This document shows positions 50,109 to 64,000 of a stretch of DNA of 64,000 bases, piece after piece. The notes below the pieces were generated by a model that had not been told where the DNA came from, ran no database searches, and saw only the letters and a program-made list of their open reading frames with translations. Positions within the stretch are counted from its first letter, which is position 1; each line of letters opens with the position of its first letter. The DNA lies in the NCBI GenBank assembly GCA_013265495.1, contig MU057951.1:31118-95117 (forward strand), written 5' to 3'. This DNA is from Vicugna vicugna (Eukaryota). The position numbers and the translations under genes are program-made.

Positions 50109-51845
50109 AGCATGTGGATGTGAAATTTTTCCAACACCAATTGATGAAAGACTATATATGCTCTATTATATTACCTTTGTTTCTTGGTCAATGTCAATTG
50201 ACTATATTTATGTGGGTCTCTTTCTGGGCTACCTATTCTGTTTAATTGATCTATTTGTTTATTCTTTTGGCAGTCCCACAGTGTCTTGACTACCATAACT
50301 ATATAGTGAACTTTGAAGTCATGTAGTCTTGGGCCACCAAATTCATTCCTCTCATTCAACATTATGCTGGCTATTCTAGGGGTTTTGCCCCTACATATAA
50401 GCTGTAGAATTAATTTTTTTATTATCCCTAAAATAACTTGCCATGTTTTATTAGAGATTCAATCAAACAAGTCAGGAAGAACTGACATGTTGATAATATT
50501 GAGTTTTCCTATCCATAAACAAAATATCTTACCATTTACTAAGTTCCCTGATTTCTTTAATCAGAGTTTTGTAGTTTTTCTCATATAGATCTTATACATC
50601 ATTTTGTCAGATTTACACCTAATTTTTCATTTTGTGGGGTGCTAATGAAAATGGTATTGTGTTTTTAATTTCAGTACCACTTGTTGCTGATATATAGAAA
50701 AGTGACTGATCTTTTTATATTAACTTCTGTCCTGTAAACTTACTATAATCTTTTAGTTCCAAGAGATTATCTGTAAATGTCTTCAGAATATTTACATAAA
50801 TGATCATATCTTCAGTGAACAAAGACATTTTTACTTATTTCTTCTCAACCTCAATGTCTTTGTATTAGTATAACTTCTAGTATGATGTTTTAAAACAGTG
50901 TTGAGAAGTGACATCCTTGCCTTGTACCTGATTTTAGTGGGAAAGTTTCTACTTTCTCACCATTAAGTATGATGCTAACTGTAGGTTTTTCATAGATATT
51001 CCTTATCAAGTTGAGAAAGTTCTCCTCTATTGCTAGGTTACTGAATGTTCTTACCATGAATGGATATTAAGTTTTGTCAAATGCTTTTTCTACATCCATT
51101 GATAAGATCATGTGAATTCTTCAGTTTTAGCATTTTGATATAATGGATTATATTAATTTATTTTCAAATGTTAAAATATTATTTCATAACTTGAATAAAT
51201 CCCACCTGTTTGTGGAGTATAATTTTTATATGTTGCTGGATTTAATTTGCTCACATTCTTTAGAAAAAATTTACATCTAAGCTCGTATTGGTGTGTAGCT
51301 TTCTTTTCTTATGATGTCTATGTCTATTCTTGTTATCAGGGTAATGTTGGCCTCTTAAAATCAGAATGTATTCTCTCTGCTTCTAAACTCTAAAAGAGAT
51401 TGTATACAATTGCTATAATTTTTTCCTTAAATGTTTGATAGAATTCATCGTGAACACATACAGGCCTGTTGCTTCCTGTTTTAGAAGGTTATGAATTATT
51501 GACTCAATTTATTTGATAGATTTCATCTTCTATATGTTGTCTAATTATTTTTAAGAGACTTTTGGCAGCTCGTGTCTCTCAAGAAATTGGTCTATTTCAT
51601 CCATATTTTTTATATTTGTGCACATAAATTTGTACCTAGTACTCCTTGATTATCCCTTTTCTTGAACTATATTTGATAGAAAATAATGTGTTTAAATTTT
51701 ATGTACATAATATGTTGATTTGATACATTTATATATTGAAATAAGATTGCCATTGCTGCATTCGCTAACACCTCTATTAGATCACATAATTATCATTTTT
51801 TGTAACAGGAATAATTAAGATCCAGTCTCTTAGTAAGTTTACTAT

Positions 51846-53834
51846 TTATTTTTTATTGTTATTTTTTAACATTTTTTAATTGATTTACAATCATTTTACA
51901 ATGTTGTGTCAAATTCCACTGTAGAGCACAATTTTTCAGTTATACATGAACATATATATATTCATTGTCACATTTTTTTTCTCTGTGAGCTACCAGAAGA
52001 ACTTGTATATATTTCCCTGTGCTATACAGTATAATAGTATAATCTTTCTATTCTACAATTTTGAAATCCCAGTCTATCTCTTCCCACCCCCTCCCCCACT
52101 GGCAACCACAAGTTTGTATTCTATGTCTGTGAATCTATTTCTGTTTTGTATTCATGCCTTGTATGTTTGTTTCAGATTCCACATATGAGTGCTCTCATAT
52201 GGTGTTTTTCTTTCTCTTTCTGGCTTACTTCACTTAGGATGACATTCTCCAGGAGCATCCATGTTGTTGCAAATGGCGTTATGTTGTCAGTTTTTATGGC
52301 TGAATAGTATTCCATTGTATAAATATACCACTTCTTTATCCAGTCACCTGTTGATGGGCATTTAGGCTCTTTCCATGTCTTGGCTATTATAAATAATGCT
52401 GCTATGAACATTGGGGTGCAGGTGTCATCCAGAAGTAGGGTTCCTTCTGGATATATGCCCAGGAACAGGATTCCTGGGTCATATGGTAAGTCTATTCCTA
52501 GTCTTTGAGAAATCTCCATACTGTTTTCCATAGTGGCTGCACCAAACTGCATTCCCACCAGCAGTGTAGGAGGATTCCTTTTTCTCCACAGCCTCTCCAG
52601 CATTTGTCATTTGTGGATTTTTGAATGATGGTCATTCTGACTGGTGTGAGATGATAACTCATTGTAGTTTTGATTTGCATTTCTCTGATAATTAGTGATA
52701 TTGAGCATTTTATCATGTGTCAATTGATCATTTGTAAGTCTTCCTTGGAGAATTGCTTGTTTAGGTTTTCTGCCCATTTTTAGATTGGTTGTTTATTTTT
52801 TTCTTATTGAGTCCTATGAGTTGCTTATATATTCTGGAGATCAAGCCTTTGTCAGTTTCATTTGCAAAATTTTTTCCCATTCCGTAGGTTGTTGTTTTGT
52901 TTTACTTATGCTTTCTTTTGCTAATGAAATCGAAATAGCAGTAAAAAACCTCCCTACAAATAAAAGTCCAGGACCAGACAGCTTTACCAGGGAATTCTAC
53001 AAAACATACAAAGAAAAACTCATACCAGTCCTTCTCAGACTCTTCCAGATGATTGAAAAGGAGGGAATACTCCCAAACTCATGCTATGAAGCCACCATCA
53101 CCCTGATACCAAAACCAGGCAAAGACACTACCAAAAAAGAAAATTATAGGCCAATATCACTGATGAACATAGACGCCAAAATCCTCACCAAAATATTAGC
53201 AGATAAAATCCAACAACACTTTAAAAAGATTATACATCATGACCAAGTGGGACATGACCAGGGACACAAGGATGTTTCAACATTCACAAATCAAGCAATG
53301 TAATACATCACATCAACAAGAGAAAGGACAAAAACCACATGATCATCTCAATAGATGCAGAAAAAGCATTTGATAAAATTCAACACCCATTTATGGTAAA
53401 AACTCTCGCCAAAGTGGGTACAGAGAGAACATATCTCAACATCATAAAAGCTATATATGATAAACCTACAGCCAGCATAGTACTCAACAGAGAAAAACTG
53501 AAAACCTTCCCACTAAAATCTGAGACAAGACAAGGATGCCCACTATCACCACTCCTATTCAACATAGTCTTGGAAGTCCTAGCCACAGCAATCAGGCAAG
53601 AGAGAGAAAGACAAGGGATCAAATTGGAAAAGATGAGGTAAAAGTGTCACTATGTGCCAATGACATGTTCCTATATATAGAAAACCCTAAAAGGTCCACA
53701 CAAAAACTACTAGAGCTGATCAAAGAATTCAGCAAGGTAGCAGGTTATAAGATTAACGTTCAAAAATCAGTTGCATTTCTTTACACTAATGATGAATCAA
53801 CAGAAAAAGAAAGTAAAGAAACAATACCCTTTTA
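51846..53834 (-). mobile_element. Young L1 with 5' inversion (minus part 51846-52922, inverted plus part 52923-53834)
   Basis: 3' end and ORF2 C-terminus on the minus strand (52172-52716); RT on the plus strand ([19 protein letters not shown]..., RQGCPLSP, ...ETIPF). Confidence 0.92.
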
Positions 53835-54234
53835 AAAATATTGTTTATAATACAGTACTATTATCTATTATCACTAGAATGCACATTTTATCTCTAGGAC
53901 ATATTTATTTCTTATTTGTAAGTTTGTAACCTTAAGCAATGTCTCTGCTATTCCACAAACTCCAGGCCCAGGTAAACATTTTTCTCCTCTCTGTTTTTAT
54001 GAGTTTGGCTTTTTCAAGTTCCACATATAAATGATATCATGCAGTATCTGTCTTCTGTCTTGTTTATCTCACTTAGCATAATATCCACAAGATCCCTCCA
54101 TGTTGTCATAAATAGCATGATTTCTTTCCATTAGTCTGAAAAATATTCATACACACACACACACACATACACATACCACATCTTTTTTGTTGTTGTTATT
54201 TTTAAGAAGGTAACTAGTTTTACTGATTGATTGA

Positions 54235-54307
54235 TTTTACAGGATTTAATCCAGGATCTCATGCATACTTAGCATGCATTCTATCACTGAATTATACCTT
54301 CCCTCCC
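54235..54307 (-). mobile_element. Degenerate second copy of the tRNA-derived SINE
   Basis: ggatttaatccaggatctcatgcatacttagcatgcattctatcactgaattataccttccctccc aligns with 10040-10108. Confidence 0.75.
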
Positions 54308-56570
54308 GCATATCGTATTTTCTTTCTCCATTCAAACATTGACAATTAGGTTGCTTACATATCTTGACTTATTGTGAGTAATGATACAATAACATAGAAG
54401 TGCAAATATCTTTTTGATATTTCATTCTTCTTAAATTTGGATATTTAGCAATTAGTGAGACCAGTGGTTCATATGATAGTTCTATTTTTAAATTTTTGAT
54501 AAATCTCCACACTGTTCACCATAGTGACTGAACCAGTATACAATTCCACCAACAGTACACAAGCATTCTCATACATAAATATAACCTTTGATGTATTTTT
54601 GACATTAAATCCATACCTGACACTTGCTCTGCACATATTTTCTCCCATTCCATAGGTTACCTTTTTAATCATTGAGGGAGTCTTTTGCTGGGCAAAAGCT
54701 TTAAGGTTGATGTTGTCCCACTTGTTTTTTGTTTTGTTGTTTGTGCTTTTGGTGTCATAGCCTGAAAAAATATTTCCAAGAGCAATGTTGAGGAGCTTTC
54801 TTTCAGTTCTCATCTATTAGTTGAATAGTATCCATTCTTATAGTTAAGTCTTTGGTCCATTTTGAGCTATTTTGTGAGTGGTGTATGATAGGGGTACAAT
54901 TTTATTTGTTTGTATATGGTTATCTTGTTTTTCCATTACCATTTATAAAAGAGATTGTCATTATGTCATTGAGTATTCCTGTTTCCCATGTCAAATATTG
55001 GATTAACATTTATGTTGGAGTTTAATTATTGGCCTATGTATTTATATTTATGGCAACACCATACCATAGCTTTGTAGTATAGTTTGAAATCATGAAGTAT
55101 GATGCCTCAGGCTGTGTTTATCTTTCTCATGATTGTTTTGGCCATTTGAGTCTTTTGTAGTTCTATGCAGAATTTAGAGTTGTTATCTCTACTTCTGTGA
55201 AAAATGCCATTGGTAATTTGATAGTGATTGTGCAGGATCTATAGTTGGCTTTGGACATTTTAAAAATTTAACTATTTCAATCCACGAACACAGGAAATAT
55301 TTCCACTTGTTTATCTTCCTTGATTGTTTCAGCAAAATCTTGTAATTTTTGTTGTACATATCTGTCACTTCGATGGTTAAATTTATTCACAGATATTTTA
55401 TTGTTTTTGATACTGTAGTGAATGGGGTAGTTTTTCCCATTTCTTTTTCAGATATTTCATTTTTAGTGTTTAGAAATGTAAACTATTCATGTATGTTGAT
55501 TTTATATTCCACAACTCTTCTAAATTCAGTAATCCCAAGTCTTCTGATTGAGTCTTTGGAATTTTCTATATGTATAAGATTGCATCATCTGCAAATAATT
55601 AAAATTTTACCACTTTCAAATTGGAATGATTTTTATTTATTTATCTTTCTTAATTGTCATAGCTAGGACTTTCAGTGCTATATTGAATAATACTGGTGAT
55701 TACGAACACCGTTGTCCTATTCGTGATCTGAGAGGAAAAACTTTCGATTTTTACTAAGTATAAGTTAATTATGGATTTGTCCTATATGACCTGTATTATG
55801 TTGAGGTATGTTCATTCAACTGTTGAGAGTTTCTATCATGAAATGACACTGTATTTTGTTAAATGCTTTTTCTGGATCCATTGAGATAATCCTGCGGTTT
55901 TTATTTTTCATTCTGTTAGTGTGGGTATATCACATTGATTGACTTGCATATGTTGAAACATCCTTGTATCCCAGGAATAAATCCCACTTGGTCAATGGTT
56001 CATTTGCTTATGTTGTGTTGATTTTTTTATATCAGTATCCATCAGGTAAATTGATCTATAGTTGTCTTCTCTTGAAATGTCCTTATCTGGTTTTGGTATC
56101 AGGGTAATATTATCCTATTTTGGGAGGTTTTTGATTACTGATTCAATATCCTTACTCATTATTGTTTTGTTCAGATTTTCTATTTCTTTCTTATTATTAG
56201 ATTGCATGTTTCTGGGAATTCATCAGTTTCTTCTATGGTATATAATTTGTCTACATATGATTGATCAATCTCTTTTGTTCCTATGTGTTTCTACAGTATT
56301 AGTTATAATGTCTTCTCCTTCAATTCTGATTGCATTTATTGGAGTTACCTCTCTATATCTAGCCAAAGGTTTGTCAATTTTGTTTAGTTTTCAGAAAAAA
56401 ACAGCCATTAGTTCTGTTGACATTTTCTGGTTTTCTCTGTTCTCTTATTTATTTCCACTCAAATATTTATTATTCCCTTTCTTCTGCTAATTTGGGCTTC
56501 ATCTGTCCTTATTTTCCTAGTTCCTTGAGGTGTAAAGTTAGGGTGTTTGTAAGAGATTTTTCTAATTTAT

Positions 56571-56947
56571 TTTTAAAGTTTTATTGAAATATGATTGACA
56601 TGCATCACTGCATAAGTTTGACTTACATATATTGTGACAATTCTTTGGCTTACATATATTATAAAATGATTACTACTATATGTGTAGTTAGCATCCATTA
56701 TCTCATACAAATAAAATAAAAAAGAAAGCAAGAAAAGAAAAAAATCATTGTGAGAATTCTGATTTGCTGTCCTAATTTTCATATATATTATACAGCAATG
56801 TTAAGCTATAATCATCATGCTGCATATTACAGCCCTTGTACTTATTTGTCTTGTAACTATGTGCCTTTTGCCCACCTTTCTTCTGTTTCCCCTCCTTACA
56901 CCTTCCACTTCTGGTAACTTCAGATTTGATCCCTTTCTCTATAAGTT

Positions 56948-57019
<72 letters not shown>

Positions 57020-58585
57020 TTTAAGATTCTACATATAAGTGAGATCATACAGCATCTTTCTCTGTATAGCTTATTTCACTTAACATAATGTCCTCAAGAT
57101 CTATGTTTGTTGTCACAAATGGCAGGATTTTCTCATGCCTGAATAATATTCATATATAATATTTTAATCCATTCATCTGTCTATAAACTCTTAGTTTGTT
57201 CCATGGCATGGCTTTTGTAAATACTGTTGCCATGAACATGGGGTGCAGACTATTTTTGACTTAGTGCTATTGTTTCCTTTGGATACATTCCCAGAAATGC
57301 AATTGCTAAACCATATGCTAGTTCTATTTCTTTTTTTTTTTTACTTTTATCCATATTGTTTTCCATAGAGAATGTTCCAGATCACAATTTCACCTACAGT
57401 GCATGTAGGTTTCCTTTTCTCCACATTCTCACCAGAATTTTTCATGCCTTGTGTTTTTAATGATCATTATTCAAGAGGCATCAGAAGATATCTCATTGTG
57501 GTTTTGACTTGTATTTTCTTAATAACCAGTGATGTTGAACATATTTTCATTTACATATTTGTCTTTAATATATCTTCCTTGGAGAAGAGCCTATTCAGGT
57601 CTTTTGTACTTTTAAAAATTGGATTATTTGGTTTGTCTATTTATGTATTATATATTTATTTGTTATTGGGTTGTTTGAGTTTTTTATATATTTTGGATGT
57701 GAATACCTTATCAGATATATGGTTTTAATTTTTTTCATTCTGTAGGTTTTCTTTTTACCTTGTGAATTGTTTCTTTGGCTGTGCAGAAGCATTTTAGTTT
57801 GATGTATCTCCACTTGTTTTATTATTATTTTTATTTTGTTATTTGTGTATTAGGTATCATATCCAAAAAAATTATTGTTAAGACTCATGTCGAGGAGATT
57901 TTCTCTTTTTTTTCCCCCAGAAGTTTTATGGCTTCAGGTTTTATGTTTAAGTCTTCAAATCATTACAAATTATTTTTTGTGAGTGGTGTAAGATACAGGT
58001 CTAGATTCATTCTTCTACATGTGATTATCAAAGTTTCCTGACACTATTTATTGAAGAAATTGTCTTTTCTCCATTTAGTATTCTTGGCTCCCTTTTCAAA
58101 TATTAGTTGACTATATATGCTTGGGTTTACTTGTGGTTTATTTGTATTCCTTTGATCTATCTTTTCTATTTTTATAGTAGTACCATACTGTTTTTATTAC
58201 TATAGCTTTAGGTTATAGCTTGAAATTAGACAGCACGATAATTCCCCCTTCGTTCTTCTTCCTTAAGGTTTTCTTTGACTATTCAGGGGTTTTGTGGTTC
58301 CATATAGATTTTAGGAGTTTTTCTCTATTTCTGTAAAGCAAAAAAATGCCATAGAAATCTTGATAGGGATTGCAATTAATCTATAGATGGCTCTTTGTGG
58401 TGTAAACATTTTAACAAAATTATTTCATTCAGAAAAAATACATGGGATACCTTTCTCTTTTTTTTGTATTATCCTTAATTTTATTCATTAATGTCTTATA
58501 GGTTTCAGACTAGAGATCTTTCACCTCCTTGGTAAGTTTACTTTACTGTTTCTAATGCTATTGTTAATGTGATCATTTTCTTTCC
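56571..58585 (-). mobile_element. 5'-truncated L1 (3' UTR plus ORF2 3' part)
   Basis: ttttattgaaatatgattgacatgcatcactg 3' end, then ORF2 antisense. Confidence 0.8.
56947..57018. repeat. (TTTC)n microsatellite
   Basis: Read directly. Confidence 0.95.
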
Positions 58586-59760
58586 TATTGGATAAATTTG
58601 ACAAGTAACACTGTATAAATTTAAGGTGTAAAACATGCTACTTTGATATACTTATAAATTGTAATATGATTGTCATTGTAATTATATAATTTTCATATTA
58701 AATACTTATAATAAAATATGATTGTACTATATGAAAAATATATTGCCTATATTCAATATTCTATACATCAGTTTCTATGGCTTATTTAGTACTTGCTCCA
58801 ATTTTGTGCCCTTAAACACCATAATTATTTTCCCCCAAAACCTGTCCTTCATAAACACCATTTTACTTTCTGTTTCTTTCTTTTTTTTTTTTTTTACAAG
58901 TTTAACATTTCTAGATTCTACATATAGGTGACATTATATTGTATATGTATTTCTCTGTCTGGCTTATCTCACTTAGCATAATGTGCTCAAATCTCATCCA
59001 TGTTATTGCAAATGGCAAAATATCCTCCTTTCTCATGGATAAATAATATTCCATTCATTATATATTTTATATCAGTGCATCTATTGATGGGCATTTGACT
59101 TCTTAATATATCTTGGCTATTGTGAATAATGTTGCAGTAAACATGAGAGTACATATCTCTCTTCAAATGCTTGTTTTCATTTACTTTGGATCTACATCCA
59201 AAACTACAATTGTTGGATCATATGGTAGATCTATTTGGAATGTTTTGAAGAACCTCTATATTGTTTTCATAATGGTTGGACTAATTTACATGCCTACCAA
59301 CAGTGTTTAAGTGTTCCCTTTACACCATATCTTCACCAGCATTTGTTTTCTCTTGTCTCCTTAATGATAGCCATTCTGATAGATGTGAGATACTACATCA
59401 TTGTGGTGTGTATTCACATTTCTTTAATTATTAGTGATATTGAGCATCTTTTAATGTGCCTCATAGTCATTTTGATATCTTTTTTGGAAAAAAATGTATT
59501 TAGTTCTTTTGCCCATTTTTTAATTGGATTGTTTGACTTGTTGTTGTCAAGTTATGTAAATTCTTTATATATTTTGATATTAACTGCTTATATGATATAT
59601 GATTTACCAAGATTTTCTCCCATTCTGTACACTGTCTTTTCATTTTTCTAATGGATTCTTTGCTCTAAAGTAGCTTTTGAGTTTGAGGTTGTCCCATTTG
59701 TTGATTTGTGCTTTTGTTGTTTGTGTTTTTGGTGTCATGTCCAAAATATCATTGCCAAAG
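58586..59760 (-). mobile_element. 5'-truncated L1 3' end
   Basis: L1MA-like 3' UTR (cactgtataaatttaaggtgta) and ORF2 C-terminal antisense. Confidence 0.8.
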
Positions 59761-61385
59761 GGGATTTAAGATGACAAAATAGAAGAATGCAGAGCTCTCT
59801 CTCTCCCATGAATATATCAAAAATACATCTACATATGAAACAATTCTCACAGAATGCCTACTGAACTTGGCAGAAGATCTTGTATAATTGGAACTACAAG
59901 AAAAATTTTTACCAAAAAAAAAGTTTAAAAGAAAAACAAAGTGGGACCTGCCTGCTTGGGAGGAAGTGATGAAAGAGGAAAAGTGCCCTTACACTTGAAA
60001 ACCCACTCTCCATCAGAGAGGTCAGCTGGGACAGAAGGAGAGCTTCAGAAGCTTGGAGGAGAAAGCAGCAGCCACTTGGCAGACAGAATGGAGAGAAACA
60101 AGCACAGAGAGTCCGTGCAATCTATAGTTTGAGATGCAACCTCACTGATGCATACTGAGACTGGGTGCTGAGCTTGGGCTTCAGAAGACAGGCCTAGGTA
60201 GAAGACTAGGGTGAACTGCATGGAGGCAGCCTCAGGAGGCTGGACTGTGGTGTGGGCTGAGGCTGGGAGTGTGCAAAAGAGCCAGGTTCCAAAAGAGAAG
60301 ACTGCACAGCTGGTGCAGGCAAAGGGAGGGATGCAACATGGCCTGGCCAGAGCAGCCTTATCCACTATCTCAGAGGGCATTGCTTGGCTGCAGCATTGTC
60401 AATGCAGTCTCATGGAGATAGGGATGAGATCCAGACATAGCACTATTCTTGGTTTCCTCTAGAGGGGCACAATCACTAGTGTGCAGCTCCCAAGCAGAGA
60501 CAGGGCTGAAACCTGAACATATTCCTGGAGGTTGCATGACTTCAGAAGCAGGGCTGAAATTTGATTCCAGTCCCAGGTGGCTGTGGCAAATTTGCTCCAC
60601 TGGTGTGTTTGCAAACTCAGCACCACTGGGACATCTGAGCAGAATACTGGTGTGCAGCAGGGGCAGGTCTTGCATTATCAACAGACATGTCTATGTGGAG
60701 GCAGGGCAGAGGCTTGGGTCAAAACTGTAGCCCATGGTGGATCCAGGTGAATGACTACACACACACATCAGAGGTTCCAGTGCCTGGTATCAAAGGACCT
60801 GCACTGGTGACTTTGTGAGCACAGAGCCTAAGGGACACCAGGACAAGTTGCCAGCATTTCTGCTGCTGAGGCAGGGACAAGGGCAGCATGTACTTTGAAA
60901 GCCCATACAATGAATGATAGGCAACACCACAAAGGGCACTTCCCAGTGGATAACTCCTGTGTAGGAATACTAAGCAGCTCTTCTCCTAGCAGAAGCACTC
61001 CAGTTCAGCCTACCACACACCACAGCTCAGAAACAGATCTGGGGTCTTCTACTCCAATAACAAGAGCATACAGATCTGGACAGGTATGTGACAACCACAC
61101 AGAAAAGAAGGATCCATGCACAACGTCCAGTGTAGTCTCATCAACACAACACCAACTATATGACCAATCAAGGGGATAACAGCCAAAACATACAGAGGAG
61201 AGACATGGCACACATCCATACTAAAACTACCCTTGTAATGAAAATATTAGATGCACAGTCTACACAGGCATGATCCCACATAAAAACCACCTTCAACATC
61301 ACAGTAGATAACTTACTCCTAAATACAGAGTTAGAGAACTATAAGTAAAATGAAGAACACTCCCTCAAACCATAAACAAAAATAA
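59761..61385 (+). mobile_element. L1 5' UTR and ORF1 start, plus strand
   Basis: gggatttaagatgacaaaatagaagaatgcagagctc is a CpG-decayed caagatggcggagtagaagga start; GC-richer UTR; aaaatgaagaa near 61350. Confidence 0.7.
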
Positions 61386-62662
61386 ACTCAAAGTAACTTA
61401 AAAAATTAAACATAAGGCATGACAACATAAATTTCCTAGAAGAAAATATAGGCAAATGTTCTCTAACATAAATCTTAGCAATGATCTCCTAGAGCAGTCT
61501 ACCCAGGCAATAGGAACAAAAGCAAAAATAAACAAATGGGGCCTAATTAAATTTATAAGCTTTTGAACAGCACAGGAAACTATAAACAAAATGAAATGAC
61601 AAAATATGGAGTGGGAGAAAATATTTGCAAATGATCCAATTGACAAAAGCTTAATTTCCAGAATATATAAAAAACTCATACAACTTAATAACAAAACAAA
61701 CAGCCCAATCAAAAATGGGCAGAAGACATAAGCAAACATTTCTCCAATGAATACATACAAATGGCCAATAAGCATGTGAAAAATGCTTAGTGTTGCTAAT
61801 TATCAGAGAAATGCAAATCAATGCTACCATTAGGTATCACCTCACACCAGTGAGAATGGCCATGATTAAAAAGTCCACAAACAATAAATGCTAGAGAAGG
61901 TGTAGAGAAAATAGAGCTCTCCTACATTGTTAGTGGGAATATAGTTTGGTGCAGCCATTATGGAAAACAGTATGGAATTTAAAAAAAAATAAAAATAGAC
62001 ACCATATAATCAAATAATCCCACTTGTGAGTGTATATCTGGAAAAAAACCCCTCTAATTTAACGATACATGCATCTACCCCAGTGTTTATAGCAGCATTC
62101 TTTACAACACCCAAGAAAATGAAGCAACCTAAATACCCATCAAAAAATGACTGGATAAAGATGTTGTGGTTTATATATACAATGGAATATTACTCCTCCA
62201 TAAAAAAGGATAAAATAATGCCATTTGCAGCAACATGGATTGACCTAGAGATTATCATAGTAAGTGAAGTAAGTCAGAAACAGAAGAAAAATACTATATA
62301 TATATAATGTGTATATATATAACATATGTAGAATCTAAAAGAAATGACACAAGTGAACTTACATAAAAAGAAACAGATTCACAGACATAGAAAATAAGCA
62401 TATGGTTACTGGGGGGAAAAGAGATGTGGAGAGACAACTTGGGAGTTCAGGATTTGCAGATACTAACCACTATATAAAAAACAGATAAATAACAATCTCC
62501 TACTGTATAGAACAGGGAACTATATTCAATACCTTGTAATAGCTTATAGTGAAAAATAGTGTGATAATGAATATATATGTATGTATGTATAACTGAATCA
62601 CTATGCTGTACACTAGAAATTAACACAGCATTGTAAACTGACTGTACATCAATTAAAAACAA
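61386..62662 (+). mobile_element. 5'-truncated L1 (ORF2 C-terminus, 3' UTR, A tail)
   Basis: ORF2 fragment 62026-62307; ends gtaaactgactgtacatcaattaaaaacaaaa. Confidence 0.85.
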
Positions 62663-64000
62663 AAAGACAAAGCTACAAAGCTGGAAGTATCATGCTCCCT
62701 GACTTCTGAATATAATTCATAGCTACAGTAATCAAAACAGCATGATACTGGCACAAATACAGACACACTGATTAACATAAGAAAATAGAAATCCCAGAAG
62801 TAAAACCACACAATCTACAACAAAGGTGGCAAGAACCTAAAATGGAGACAGCATCTTCTACTAGTAGTGCTTGGAAAACTGGACAGTTTCCTGTGAAACA
62901 ATAAGATTAGAGCATTACCTCACACTATACAAAAATTTAAAATGGATTAAACACCTAAATGTAAGACCTGAAACCAGAAAACTCCTAGAAGACAACATAG
63001 GGAGAACATTCTTGGATAAAAATTGTAGCAATAATTTGGATCTATCTCCTAAGGCAAAAGGAACAAAATAAAAAAAATAAAGAAATGAAACCTAATTAAA
63101 CTTAAAAGCTTTTGCACAGCAAAGAAAATCATTGACAAAACAAAAAAACAACCGACTGAATAACAAAAAAAATTTGCCAATGGCATGATTGTTAAGGATT
63201 TCAAATCTAAAATATATAAACAACTCATACAAATCAAAATTTTAAAAAACTGACTAAAAATGGACAGAAGACCTAAATAATTTTTAAAGAAGATATACAG
63301 ATTCCCAAAAAGCACATGAAACAATGCTCAAAGTTGCTAATTATCAAAAAATGTAAATTAAAACTATGACGAATTACCATCTCACATCTGTCTGAATAAC
63401 TTCATCAAAAATATCTACAAATAACAAATGTTGGTGAGGATGTGGAGAAAAGGGAAGCTTAATACTATGAGAGGGAATGAAAATTGGTACAGTCATTATG
63501 GAGATTATGATAAAATTTCTTCAAAAAGTTAAAAATAGAAGCACCATATGATCCTATAACCTCACTTTTGGGTATGTATCAAAAGGATATAAAATCAGTA
63601 TTTCAAAGGTATATCTGTATGCCCATATTTATAGCAGCATTATTTACACTGGATGTGACATTGAAACAACCTAAGTGTCCATCAAGAGATGAATGATTAA
63701 AGAAGATATGCTATATATATATACACACACACATATACACACACACACACATATAATTATATTATCATGGTATAATGATATATTATAAAGATATAATTAT
63801 ATATATAATATATATAATGGAATATATTTCAACCTTTGAAAAGAAGTAAATCCAGCATTTGTAACAACTTGCAAATATAAATGAACTCAGGATATTATTT
63901 TACATGAAATAATACAGATAGAGCAAAATGAATACAGAATAAACTCACTTCTATGTAGAATAAAATTAAAAATACAAACCTCAACCTTATATTAACAGAG
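62663..64000 (+). mobile_element. Older L1 ORF2 3' part with a (TA/CA)n expansion at about 63712-63820
   Basis: acaaagctggaagtatcatgctccctgac (KAGSIMLPD) onward; ORF 62871-63071. Confidence 0.8.

Larger units (their letters stand above)
37470..51660 (-). mobile_element. L1MC-type element (own sequence 37470-37880 and 49157-51660), host of the ERV cluster
   Basis: The 3' UTR ttatttttagggcagcttaggttcacaacaaaatt stops at about 37880 and continues at 49157 (cacagcttgatagctcattt) into ORF2. Confidence 0.75.
51660..56570 (-). mobile_element. L1MA-type element (own sequence 51660-51845 and 53835-56570)
   Basis: The 3' UTR resembles that at 14364, is interrupted after tagtaagttt, resumes at tttataatacagtac, then runs into ORF2 antisense. 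Confidence 0.75.

Overview
Mammalian genomic DNA, most likely camelid (alpaca or camel), judged from vic-1-like tRNA-derived SINEs and the L1 3' ends. Roughly 85-90% is interspersed repeat (my estimate) and I find no intact protein-coding gene. Most of the window is a stack of nested LINE-1 elements, mostly on the minus strand, and several are bounded by readable target-site duplications (TSDs). A decayed class I (gamma-like) ERV at about 37.9-49.2 kb hosts a two-LTR class III HERV-S-like provirus (tRNA-Ser PBS) with a gamma-type env TM remnant. The most interesting part is the non-repeat island at about 6.9-11.9 kb. Hand translation of the minus strand shows two heavily decayed, apparently intronless receptor relics. 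One is Toll-like-receptor-like (LRR array, LRR-CT, TM, weak TIR). The other is class C GPCR-like (Venus flytrap-like and 7TM motifs). Both calls come from motif recognition across stops and frameshifts and need a homology search to confirm. Repeat subfamily names are from memory of consensus sequences, not from a search. There is a 70-N assembly gap at 451-520.
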